DNA from: Nitrospirota bacterium
GTDB taxonomy: Bacteria > Nitrospirota > Thermodesulfovibrionia > Thermodesulfovibrionales > Dissulfurispiraceae
Reading direction: 5' to 3'
Assembly: GCA_963790025.1 (NCBI GenBank)
Contig: CAWBMP010000003.1
Location: 128,001 to 192,000 of the forward strand
DNA: 64,000 nt
Shown here: one piece after another, positions 55,582 to 64,000 of the stretch
How positions within the stretch are numbered: position 1 is the first letter of the stretch
How the letters are laid out: the number at the start of each line of letters is the position of its first letter
The notes under the pieces: model-generated
What the model saw: only the letters and a program-made list of their open reading frames with translations
Told to the model about the DNA's origin: nothing
Database searches by the model: none
Made by a program: the position numbers and the translations under genes

Positions 55582-55962
55582 TTAGTTCCCCATAGATTCT
55601 TTAGAGGGGAAATCAACTATTTTGGTCTCATCCTTCTGTACAAGAGAACGCCCTTCAAAAACACCGCCTTCGGCAACAGACAGTTTTCTTGTGCTGATAT
55701 CTCCTATGAGTTGACCGGTATTTTTAATCTCGATAAGCTCTTCAGCCTTTACATTGCCGATTACCTTGCCGCCGACGATCACCGAGCGCGCTGTTATGTC
55801 CCCTTTAATTGAGCCCTTGTCACCGAGAATCACCCAATCAGCAACGATATTGCCGTTAAAAACACCATCAATTCTAAAAGTACCTTGAGTTGCTATATCG
55901 CCCTTGAATTCAGAATTGGGTCCTATAAGGGCCTCAAGTTTACTATTTTTGTTTGTGAACAT
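55582..55962 (-). CDS. Bactofilin (polymer-forming cytoskeletal protein)
   Basis: 'LIGPNSEFKGDI..RIDGVFNGNI..G.IKGDI..G.VIGNV..GGVFEG'. Confidence 0.9.
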   Translation of the reverse strand: MFTNKNSKLEALIGPNSEFKGDIATQGTFRIDGVFNGNIVADWVILGDKGSIKGDITARSVIVGGKVIGNVKAEELIEIKNTGQLIGDISTRKLSVAEGGVFEGRSLVQKDETKIVDFPSKESMGN

Positions 55963-56809
55963 TCTTTGCCTCCATGATGAATTCCCGTGGGTTTATCGCT
56001 TTGCCGTTGTGCCGGACTTCATAGTGAACATGCGGTCCGGTAGAATCCCCGGTAGAGCCCGAGTGGGAGATAATATCACCCCTCCTGACCTTTTCCCCCA
56101 CCTTGACGGCAATAGAAGTATTATGCGCATAAAATGTGGCATTACCGAAGCCGTGTTCTATTACTACCAGATTTCCGCTGCCTGTGCTCCAGCCGGCAAA
56201 GCTGACGATTCCATCAGCTGTGACCCGCACCGGAGTTCCGGCCGGAACTGATATATCAAGGCCCGAATGGAATTCCGGGCTGCCGTCTCTCGGGTTTTCC
56301 CTCGGTCCGAATTCCGATGTAACCCTGCCGTCGACGGGCCATCCTTTCGGTGTCGCCACATAAATATCTTTCTGTCCTTTTAAGAAATCTTTTATGGCCC
56401 CGACATTTTCAATTGTCTTCTTTATTTGTTCCTGTAAGAGGTCCATGTCGATTGAACCCTCATCGTGGGCCGTGACTTTGCTATCAACATTTTCAAGAAT
56501 TTTGTCCTTGCTCTTGAAGGAAAGCAACCTTTCAAATTCCGCCTCGGTATTCTTCAGGGTTGTCATAGTGGATTGTAATTCAGAGAAACGGGCCGTATAA
56601 AAACTCAGTTTGTCTTTCATGCGGTAGTATTCAACTGTGCCGACTGCGGCAGATATAATATATACTGTTCCCACGAACCACAGAAAAACCGAAAAAATAA
56701 TGCCGATCGAGGGCAATTTAAAATTGATGGTTCGCTTGCTGTCATGGGGAATGAGCATTATGCTGACTGGTGTAAAAAGCTTTTTTAGTAGCCTTTTTGC
56801 CTTATACAT
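55943..56809 (-). CDS. M23 family metallopeptidase with N-terminal TM and coiled coil
   Basis: 'HSGLD', 'YAH', 'STGPHVHYEV'; probable start ATG56809 overlapping the purM stop. Confidence 0.9.
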   Translation of the reverse strand: MYKAKRLLKKLFTPVSIMLIPHDSKRTINFKLPSIGIIFSVFLWFVGTVYIISAAVGTVEYYRMKDKLSFYTARFSELQSTMTTLKNTEAEFERLLSFKSKDKILENVDSKVTAHDEGSIDMDLLQEQIKKTIENVGAIKDFLKGQKDIYVATPKGWPVDGRVTSEFGPRENPRDGSPEFHSGLDISVPAGTPVRVTADGIVSFAGWSTGSGNLVVIEHGFGNATFYAHNTSIAVKVGEKVRRGDIISHSGSTGDSTGPHVHYEVRHNGKAINPREFIMEAKNVHKQK

Positions 56810-57836
56810 AGCGTATTTTTTCCGTCTCTCCTTTTTCAACAGTACCAATATGGTATGCATCAAAGCCATATTGCCTCAGTCTTGAAATGGACAGCTCAGA
56901 AACTTTTTCAGGTATAACTATAACATAACCGACACCCAAATTAAAGGTTTTTTTCATCTCGCCATCCGAAATATTGCCGAGCTCCTGCAGCATCGTGAAG
57001 ACGCGCGGTACGGGCCAAGAGTCCTTTTTTACCACGGCCGTAAGTCCATCTCCTATAATTCTCGGCACGTTGCCGGTGATCCCACCCCCCGTTATATGGG
57101 CCATACCCCTTATATCGGCATAGGCTGCAATCGCTTTAACAGCGTTGACATATATTTTTGTCGGTGCAAGCAGTATTTCTCCGAGCGGGGCGTTTAACTC
57201 AGGCAGGTACTTGTCGACTGTAAACTGCGCAGCTTCAAAAAATATTTTCCGCGCCAGGGAATATCCATTGCTGTGAAAACCGCTCGACGCGACACCGATA
57301 ATCGCATCACCCGCCTCGATGCGCTCACCGTTGATGATCCCGCTTTTCTCGACCACTCCCACGGCAAAGCCGGCAAGATCGTATTCTTTGGCCTGGTAAA
57401 AACCGGGCATTTCAGCGGTCTCCCCCCCGATAAGGGCGCAGCCGGCCTCATTGCAGCCGTCGGCTATGCCCTTCACCACATCTTTAGCCTTATCGGCATC
57501 AAGCTTCCCGGTAGCAAAATAATCGAGGAAAAAAAGCGGCTCGGCGCCGAGGGTCAGTATATCGTTAACACACATGGCCACCAGGTCGATGCCCACGGTA
57601 TCGTGCTTGTTCATTAGAAAGGCAATCTTGAGTTTTGTACCCACGCCGTCCGTACCGCTGACCAGCACCGGCTCTTTATAGCGTACAGTATCCAGCTTAA
57701 ATAACGCGCCGAAGGAACCGATATCGGTGAGCACTTCGGGCCTGAATGTTTTTTTTACAATAGGCGAGATAAGCTGAACAAGGCGCTCACCCTCGTCAAT
57801 ATCAACACCGGCTTTCTTATAAGTAAATTCTTCCAT
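56802..57836 (-). CDS. purM: Phosphoribosylformylglycinamidine cyclo-ligase
   Basis: 'YKKAGVDI', 'GTDGVGTK', 'GGETAEMPG', 'HSNGYS', 'AHITGGG'. Confidence 0.97.
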   Translation of the reverse strand: MEEFTYKKAGVDIDEGERLVQLISPIVKKTFRPEVLTDIGSFGALFKLDTVRYKEPVLVSGTDGVGTKLKIAFLMNKHDTVGIDLVAMCVNDILTLGAEPLFFLDYFATGKLDADKAKDVVKGIADGCNEAGCALIGGETAEMPGFYQAKEYDLAGFAVGVVEKSGIINGERIEAGDAIIGVASSGFHSNGYSLARKIFFEAAQFTVDKYLPELNAPLGEILLAPTKIYVNAVKAIAAYADIRGMAHITGGGITGNVPRIIGDGLTAVVKKDSWPVPRVFTMLQELGNISDGEMKKTFNLGVGYVIVIPEKVSELSISRLRQYGFDAYHIGTVEKGETEKIRYV

Positions 57837-57943
57837 AATATGCGGGAAATAAACTAACTTTGAGGCCTAATTAAGATACCATAATGAGGGTATTTAGGTC
57901 ACGCAACGACCGTAAAGGGTAGTGGGAAGGGATGAAAGCGGTA

Positions 57944-58774
57944 CTATGAAATGATCTTCATGCTTATATCCACTGCCCTCGCTGAATGGGTCAATGCGCC
58001 GATGGATATCAGGTCAACTCCTGTTTCTGCAATTGTTCTGACATTATTAATATTTACATTGCCTGAAGCCTCTATAAGCGCCCTGCCCTTTGTGATCTTT
58101 ACAGCCTGTGCCATTTCGTCCAAAGACATATTATCGAGCATGATCACATCGGCTCCTGCGTCCAGTGCTTCCCTGAGTTCATCGAAATTCCCGACTTCTA
58201 CCTCTATCTTCATCAAATGATGGGCCTTTTTTGCCAGCCCCACCGCTTCTTTCACCCCTCCGGCAATGCGGATGTGATTATCTTTTATAAGAACGCCGTC
58301 GTAAAGCCCGTAACGATGATTATCGCCGCCCCCTGTCTGCACGCCGTATTTATCCATAAAACGCATTCCAGGCGCGGTCTTCCGGGTATCAACTATTTTC
58401 ACCGGCAGGTCCGAGACGAGACTTTTGAATGTATGGGTTAATGTTGCGATGCCCGATACCCGCTGCAATATATTAAGCGCCGTCCGCTCCCCTGCCAGCA
58501 GACCCCGCGCATTTCCTGTCACTTCTGCTATTTCGCTGCCCTTTGCTATATCAATCCCTTCTTCAAAGAAAACTTTCACGTCTATACGGGGATCAATGAT
58601 CAAAAAAACCTCTCTGACAAAAGGCATTCCGGCCAGAATAAGGTCTTCTTTAGCGCGGATAATTGCCTTTGCTTCCTTACTTGCAGGCACAATCAGCAAT
58701 GAGGTGATATCGCCATGCCCCAGATCTTCAGAAAGGGCAATATGTATTGTTTCCCTGACTAATCCGGAAAACAT
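57944..58774 (-). CDS. nadC: Quinolinate phosphoribosyltransferase
   Basis: 'EDLGHGDIT', 'DTRKTAPG', 'HRYGLYD..LIKDNH', 'IMLDN', 'GALTHS'; probable start ATG58774. Confidence 0.95.
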   Translation of the reverse strand: MFSGLVRETIHIALSEDLGHGDITSLLIVPASKEAKAIIRAKEDLILAGMPFVREVFLIIDPRIDVKVFFEEGIDIAKGSEIAEVTGNARGLLAGERTALNILQRVSGIATLTHTFKSLVSDLPVKIVDTRKTAPGMRFMDKYGVQTGGGDNHRYGLYDGVLIKDNHIRIAGGVKEAVGLAKKAHHLMKIEVEVGNFDELREALDAGADVIMLDNMSLDEMAQAVKITKGRALIEASGNVNINNVRTIAETGVDLISIGALTHSARAVDISMKIIS

Positions 58775-58779
58775 CTTTC

Positions 58780-59271
58780 TTATCGCCGTCTGAATAAAGA
58801 AAAGAGTCCGAATATCCCACCGGCAACGGCCCCGATGGCAAGTGCACTGTGCCAATCGAGGAGCGTGGTCACAGTCCCATTTATATTTTTGCCGATCATG
58901 AGAATCGAGGTACTGTTATTGGCGTTGACCTCATTGGAAACTATGACACCGACAGCACTTTTGTTTGCATTGATTTCTCCGGAAGACACGGCAACCGGCA
59001 CAAATGAGAAGTTCAGATCCGTCCTGTCGCCTGCGGCAAGTAAGCCGATGCTCTGGTTCAGGGTAAGTGTTTCGCCTCTCATGAGCACGGCCGCCCCCTG
59101 AGTAACCTCTATGCGCTCGCCATCGATGCTCAGCGAGCCCACCTGCTGCAGCTCTATATGACCTCCGTCTACAGCCCGAACAGTGCTTTGCTTAATAGTC
59201 ACAAATTCAGCCTCGACAAGGTCAAGGGCCTTGCCTTCTATATCCATCATCTCTTTTTCCATTGCATCCAC
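58780..59271 (-). CDS. Hypothetical protein with ~15-aa beta-repeats and a C-terminal membrane anchor
   Basis: SD GGAGGT; periodic units; C-terminal 'ALAIGAVAGGIFGLFSLFRRR'. Confidence 0.7.
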   Translation of the reverse strand: MDAMEKEMMDIEGKALDLVEAEFVTIKQSTVRAVDGGHIELQQVGSLSIDGERIEVTQGAAVLMRGETLTLNQSIGLLAAGDRTDLNFSFVPVAVSSGEINANKSAVGVIVSNEVNANNSTSILMIGKNINGTVTTLLDWHSALAIGAVAGGIFGLFSLFRRR

Positions 59272-59366
59272 CTCCGTTTTTTTTAAAACAATTTATGAGT
59301 ATAAGAGTAAATAAGTGAAAAGAAGTTTTTATTACCGATATACCCATCTACTACCCATTTACTATA

Positions 59367-62276
59367 TTAAATGGTTCTCAGGAGCTTTACATTCTCCTCC
59401 AGTTTCACTCTTTTGCTTAAAAGGTCGTCATATTTAGTCTTGTCCTTTTCCAGAACATTCTTTGGGGCGTTCTTTAAAAAATCCTCATTACGCAGTTTTT
59501 TATTCAAAAAAGTCAGTGTTTCATCGATTTTAGCCATTTCTTTCTGGAGTCTTTGTACCTCAGCGCCCACATCCAGCAATCCACTTAAAGGAATATACAC
59601 CTCCATTCCTTCATGTACGGCAACGGCAGAGCCTTCCACTCGCACTATGCCCGGCCCCAGGTTAATCTCTTTGCATCTTGTCAATTTTCTTATCGATACA
59701 AGGTTATCATAAATAACATCTTCTACTTCCTTGGAAAATGTTTTGATGTCCGCCCTGATTTCCACCGAAGGCGCTATGTTCAACTCTCCCCGTATACTCC
59801 GTATTCCAGTTACAGCATTGAGCAAAATCTCCATCTGATGTTCCGCATCATGAAATCTGGGCAGCTTTGTGGGATACTGCATGAACATCAGTGAGCCGGC
59901 ACTCAAATCGCTTGCGGGCTGCGCGTTGAGTTCCCGGTCGGGGGCCCCGGCACTGACGTCAAATACATTGTGCCATATATCCTCGGTTACAAAGGGGATA
60001 AACGGATGGAGTAATTTGAGACTTTGTTCGAGAACAAAAAACAGGCAATCGACTACCGCTGTTTTTTCCCCGCTATCGTCCTGATAGAGCAAAGGCTTTG
60101 TAATCTCAAGATACCAATCACAGAATTCATGCCAGATGAAATGATATAGACTTGCCGTAGCATCGTTAAACCGGTAATTTTCGAGATTTCTGTTGACCTC
60201 GTCCACTGTGAATGCCAGCCTGCTCAGTATCCATTGGCTCGCAATGTCCGGCTTCTCAATGTTTCTAAGCCTGAAAAGAACAAAGAAAGCTTCCAAATCT
60301 TTTTCTCTTGTCCACGATGATTCATTTTTAATGATGAATTTGGCAGCATTCCAGAGCTTATTAATAAAGTGACGGTATCCCTCCAGCCGCTCCTCCGAAA
60401 ATCTTACATCCCTCCCTTGTGCCGCGAAAGCGGCAAGACAGAATCTGAAGGCGTCAGCACCGTATTTCCCTATCATCAGCAGCGGGTCCACTACGTTACC
60501 TTTAGACTTGCTCATTTTCTGTCCCTTGGCATCGCGAACAAGCGCATGGATATAAACGTCGGTGAAAGGCACTTCATCCGTGCATTTCAACCCCATCATA
60601 AGCATGCGGGCCACCCAGAAAAACAGGATATCAAAACCGGTGACAAGAACACTGGTAGGATAAAATGTTTTTAGATCGTCAGTTGTATCAGGCCACCCGA
60701 GCGTTGAAAAGGGCCATAGCGCCGATGAAAACCAGGTATCCAGCACATCGGGATCACGAATAATGTGACTGCTCTTGCAATCAGGACATTCCATTACGTC
60801 CTCTCTGCGACAAAAGGAAGTTACCTCTTTCGCCACCCGTATTATCTTGGAATTCCTGATAATACCCTCATGGTTCATGCCTTGAGACCGCAAATCAGCG
60901 TAGGTCCCACCCAAAACTTTTTTTCCTGAAAGCGTCACCGGGTTGAAAAAAATATGTTCGATCATAGTACCCTGTTTACGTCCGTCCGGACCATTACAAT
61001 CAGGACAGTACCAGACAGGTATCCTGTGCCCCCACCATATCTGCCGTGAGATGCACCAATCTCTTATGTCCCTCATCCATGCAAAGTAATTATTGTCCCA
61101 CGAGGATGGTATAAGTTTTGTCTTGCCGTCCTCAACTGCTTTTATCGCCCTGGAAGCAAGCGATTCTATTTTGACGTACCACTGGACAGTAAGAAGTGGC
61201 TCAATGACTGTCTTGCAGCGGTAGCAGTGGCCGACCGCATGCCGGTGTTTTTTTTCTCCTTCCAGCAATCCCTTGTCTTTCAGATCGTTGACAAGTTTCT
61301 TTCTGCAGTCGTACCGGTCGAGTCCCTTGCACTCTTCACCCGCTTCGGTGCTCATACGAGCGTCCTCGGTGATAACGCTTATGGAAGGGAGGTGGTGGCG
61401 TTTCCCCATCGCCTCATCATTAAAATCGTGTGCCGGAGTCACTTTCACAGCACCTGTACCGAATGAGGATTCGACAGCCGGATCGGCGATTATGGGAATT
61501 TCCCTTCCTGTAAAGGGAAGTTCTACGGTCTTCCCTATCAGCCGGACATATCGCTCATCCTCCGGATTCACCGCTACCGCCGTGTCGCCGAGCATTGTCT
61601 CGGGTCTTGTCGTAGCAACAGTTATATAACCCTCTTTATCAAGTGGGGGGGGAAGCGGGTATTTAATGTAATAGAGTGCCCCGTCAATTTCTTCGTATTC
61701 CACTTCAAGATCCGACAACGCAGTATGGCAGCGCGGGCACCAGTTTATCAGGCGGTTGTCGCGATAGACCAAACCCTCTTCAAAGAGCCTGACAAATACC
61801 TCCCGCACCGCCCTGGAAAGTCCCTCATCGAGTGTGAAGCGTTCTCTTGACCAATCACAGGAAGCCCCCAGCTTTTTAAGCTGGTGAATTATCTTCCCCC
61901 CGTATTCGGATTTCCATTGCCAGATCCTCTCGATAAACGCATCTCTGCCCATTTCATATCTGTTCAGACCTTCTTTCGCAAGCTCTCTTTCCACCACATT
62001 CTGCGTCGCTATGCCTGCGTGGTCTGTGCCGGGGACCCATAGAACCTTATGCCCCGACATTCTTTTCCACCGGGCAAGAATATCCTGTACGGTTGCATTA
62101 AGCGCATGTCCCATATGAAGGGATCCTGTAACATTCGGAGGCGGGATGACTATACTGAACGATTCCCTGGGAGCATCGGGAGCAGGCTTGAAGTATCCGC
62201 GAGATTCCCATAACGCATACCATTTATCTTCAATTTCTTCCGGGTTGTAGTTCTGTTTAATCTCTATCATATTCAC
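59367..62276 (-). CDS. valS: Valine--tRNA ligase
   Basis: 'PPPNVTGSLHMGH', 'KMSKSKGN', 'SRQIWWGHRIP', C-terminal coiled coil. Confidence 0.97.
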   Translation of the reverse strand: MNMIEIKQNYNPEEIEDKWYALWESRGYFKPAPDAPRESFSIVIPPPNVTGSLHMGHALNATVQDILARWKRMSGHKVLWVPGTDHAGIATQNVVERELAKEGLNRYEMGRDAFIERIWQWKSEYGGKIIHQLKKLGASCDWSRERFTLDEGLSRAVREVFVRLFEEGLVYRDNRLINWCPRCHTALSDLEVEYEEIDGALYYIKYPLPPPLDKEGYITVATTRPETMLGDTAVAVNPEDERYVRLIGKTVELPFTGREIPIIADPAVESSFGTGAVKVTPAHDFNDEAMGKRHHLPSISVITEDARMSTEAGEECKGLDRYDCRKKLVNDLKDKGLLEGEKKHRHAVGHCYRCKTVIEPLLTVQWYVKIESLASRAIKAVEDGKTKLIPSSWDNNYFAWMRDIRDWCISRQIWWGHRIPVWYCPDCNGPDGRKQGTMIEHIFFNPVTLSGKKVLGGTYADLRSQGMNHEGIIRNSKIIRVAKEVTSFCRREDVMECPDCKSSHIIRDPDVLDTWFSSALWPFSTLGWPDTTDDLKTFYPTSVLVTGFDILFFWVARMLMMGLKCTDEVPFTDVYIHALVRDAKGQKMSKSKGNVVDPLLMIGKYGADAFRFCLAAFAAQGRDVRFSEERLEGYRHFINKLWNAAKFIIKNESSWTREKDLEAFFVLFRLRNIEKPDIASQWILSRLAFTVDEVNRNLENYRFNDATASLYHFIWHEFCDWYLEITKPLLYQDDSGEKTAVVDCLFFVLEQSLKLLHPFIPFVTEDIWHNVFDVSAGAPDRELNAQPASDLSAGSLMFMQYPTKLPRFHDAEHQMEILLNAVTGIRSIRGELNIAPSVEIRADIKTFSKEVEDVIYDNLVSIRKLTRCKEINLGPGIVRVEGSAVAVHEGMEVYIPLSGLLDVGAEVQRLQKEMAKIDETLTFLNKKLRNEDFLKNAPKNVLEKDKTKYDDLLSKRVKLEENVKLLRTI

Positions 62277-62356
62277 ACTTGATTAGTTACCTTTATTATA
62301 TTGTAAAGTTTGATTATAAATCGCAGGAAGCAGGGATATTTCCAAGGGACAATTTA

Positions 62357-63295
62357 TCAGGGCTGCGCAGTAATTTTTTTAATCTCTTTCTTTATTATCG
62401 TTTCTGCCACGTCAGGGACGATCCTGTTTATAGCAGCGCTAATTTCATCGTGCAGAGATTGCATCATTTCATTTACCAGTTCTCTTGTTACATCCTCGAT
62501 AATCTTTGGTGCATTCTGCGTCAAAGTTGCGGAAACAGTCTCCCTGACTGAAGCGGCCAGCTCCGGGACAATATCGTTGCCGAGGATATCTGAGACCCTG
62601 CGGTCAACAGACTGCCTCACTATCTCCCGAATATCGTTTCTGGATGGTAGTTCAATGGAATCGACAGACGCGCTGAAGCCGACAACAGGAGCTTCTGTCT
62701 CCTCCGTTTTCAGCGCATTTTTAAGGTCATCCTCAAAGCCTGTGCTGAATGAAGCAAGGGCCGCCTTCGCATCGTATTCCTCTTCAGTCATCGATTTAAA
62801 CGCATCATTGTCCTCTATGGCAACCGGCATCTCTGTTTCCCTTTCCGGCTCTTCAAGAGAAAAAGATTCTGTTATTTCCTGGACAGCAACCGTGGCAACA
62901 GGCGCTGTCGCCCCCCCGGCTTCCATGCCGACCAGAAGCGATTTAACCTTGCTGATTAATTCCTGGGATTCAAAGGGCTTCACAATGAAATCATCTGCAC
63001 CTACAGATTTTGCATACTCTTCATCGAAAGGTTCAAAAGCACCGGTAAGAAGGATGACAGGTAGATGGACTGTAGCGGCACTGTTCTTGATTTTTTCGCA
63101 AAGCTGGTAACCGTTCAATTTCGGCATCTCGATGTCAGCAAGCACTATATGCGGGCTGAAGGACCCAAGAGCCTCAAGTGCCTGTTCTCCATCGTTAACA
63201 GCCTTAATTTCAAAATCATCGTCACCAAGTACTAATTCAACGACTTTCTGAATAGTAAGACTGTCATCAGCCAACAGCAATCTATAAGAGGCCAT
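62357..63295 (-). CDS. RomR-like response regulator (receiver + acidic linker + helical C-terminus)
   Basis: 'LLADDSLTIQKVV' receiver; C-terminal 'IVPDVAETIIKKEI'; directly upstream of valS. Confidence 0.75.
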   Translation of the reverse strand: MASYRLLLADDSLTIQKVVELVLGDDDFEIKAVNDGEQALEALGSFSPHIVLADIEMPKLNGYQLCEKIKNSAATVHLPVILLTGAFEPFDEEYAKSVGADDFIVKPFESQELISKVKSLLVGMEAGGATAPVATVAVQEITESFSLEEPERETEMPVAIEDNDAFKSMTEEEYDAKAALASFSTGFEDDLKNALKTEETEAPVVGFSASVDSIELPSRNDIREIVRQSVDRRVSDILGNDIVPELAASVRETVSATLTQNAPKIIEDVTRELVNEMMQSLHDEISAAINRIVPDVAETIIKKEIKKITAQP

Positions 63296-63362
63296 ATTCT
63301 ATTTCCTCATTATATGCTTTCGGAGCAATTCACACAGATTTTAGAAGTATATAGTAAATTTG

Positions 63363-63734
63363 TCAAGATTTTTTCTTGCTCCTGTAGTCCTCTATCGCCT
63401 TTTTCAGGGCGTCTGCTCCAAGATTCGAACAATGCATCTTCTGCGGCGGCAGCCCACCCAACTCCGCAGCCACCGTTTCTTTAGATATGCTCAGTGCCTC
63501 GTCGAGGGTCTTTCCCTTCACCAGTTCCGTAATCATACTGCTGACTGCAATGGCGGAACCGCACCCGAACGTCCTGAATTTCGCATCTACAATCCTGTCA
63601 TTCTCGACCTTTATGAAAATCTGCATGGAGTCTCCGCATGTAGGGTTCCCTTCCATGCCCACTCCATCTGCATCAGGAATTTCACCGACATTCCTTGGAT
63701 TCATGAAATGGTCCATTACTTTTTGCGAATACAT
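63363..63734 (-). CDS. iscU: Fe-S cluster scaffold IscU/NifU-like
   Basis: 'YSQKVMDHFMNPRNVG', 'PTCGD', 'GCGSAIA', 'KMHCS'. Confidence 0.93.
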   Translation of the reverse strand: MYSQKVMDHFMNPRNVGEIPDADGVGMEGNPTCGDSMQIFIKVENDRIVDAKFRTFGCGSAIAVSSMITELVKGKTLDEALSISKETVAAELGGLPPQKMHCSNLGADALKKAIEDYRSKKKS

Positions 63735-63737
63735 TGT

Positions 63738-64000
63738 CTAACCTCCCGTGTAACATTTCTCCGCCTCGCCGCCTTCTCCCCATCCTTTTGAAAACGGAGA
63801 CATGTCACGCAATTTTTTGACCACTTGAGGAAATTCCTCAAGGAAGTAATTGATGTCCTCCATAGAATTGTCCATGCCGAGACTGAAAACTATCGATCCC
63901 TGAGCAAGGGCCGACTGTATGCCTAACGACAGAAGTATGGGCGAGGACTTCAACGCCCTGGAAGAACATGCTGAACCGCTTGCCGATAATATTCCTTTCA
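63738..64000 (-). CDS. iscS: Cysteine desulfurase IscS/NifS, C-terminal part, truncated by window end
   Basis: Frame is open to the window edge and reads 'KGILSASGSACSSRALKSSPIL..LRDMSP'. Confidence 0.85.
   Translation of the reverse strand, partial: KGILSASGSACSSRALKSSPILLSLGIQSALAQGSIVFSLGMDNSMEDINYFLEEFPQVVKKLRDMSPFSKGWGEGGEAEKCYTGG

Noticed and set aside
62310..63110. 266-aa plus-strand ORF
   Set aside because: Antisense shadow of the RomR-like gene

Overview
Chromosomal window from a diderm anaerobic bacterium. Gene content suggests Nitrospirota (Thermodesulfovibrionia-like) or Desulfobacterota, but this is an inference only. The window probably spans the replication terminus: a XerCD dif-like site at 17304-17331 lies in a visibly AT-rich zone, and most genes to its right are on the minus strand. 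Core content: fhs, glnD, tamB/bamA-like/surA-like, argA-like GNAT, orphan 2-oxoacid oxidoreductase beta/gamma, ppx, proS, mtaB, miaB, scpB, LysM-NlpC/P60, RACo-like ASKHA ATPase, rsmE, bactofilin-M23, purM, nadC, valS, a RomR-like regulator, iscU and partial iscS. A type IV pilus minor-pilin/PilY1 operon has a clear sigma54 promoter and palindromic enhancer. The most interesting accessory region is a ~12.5 kb co-oriented cluster (39772-52281) built around a Mop-type molybdenum aldehyde oxidoreductase. It also encodes a Tes/GDGT-MAS-fold radical SAM enzyme, a SAM methyltransferase, a C-GCAxxG-C-C protein, a CxxC mini-protein, a CoA-ligase-like protein, a phosphatase and a frameshifted flavo-Fe-S/CCG protein. 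It resembles the functionally uncharacterised DVU_155x cluster of Desulfovibrio. Two inverted copies of a MITE-like element bracket it. Other features include unannotated small ORFs and short-period hairpin repeats, some of which encode protein termini or signal peptides. No rRNA, tRNA, CRISPR array or transposase was recognised.
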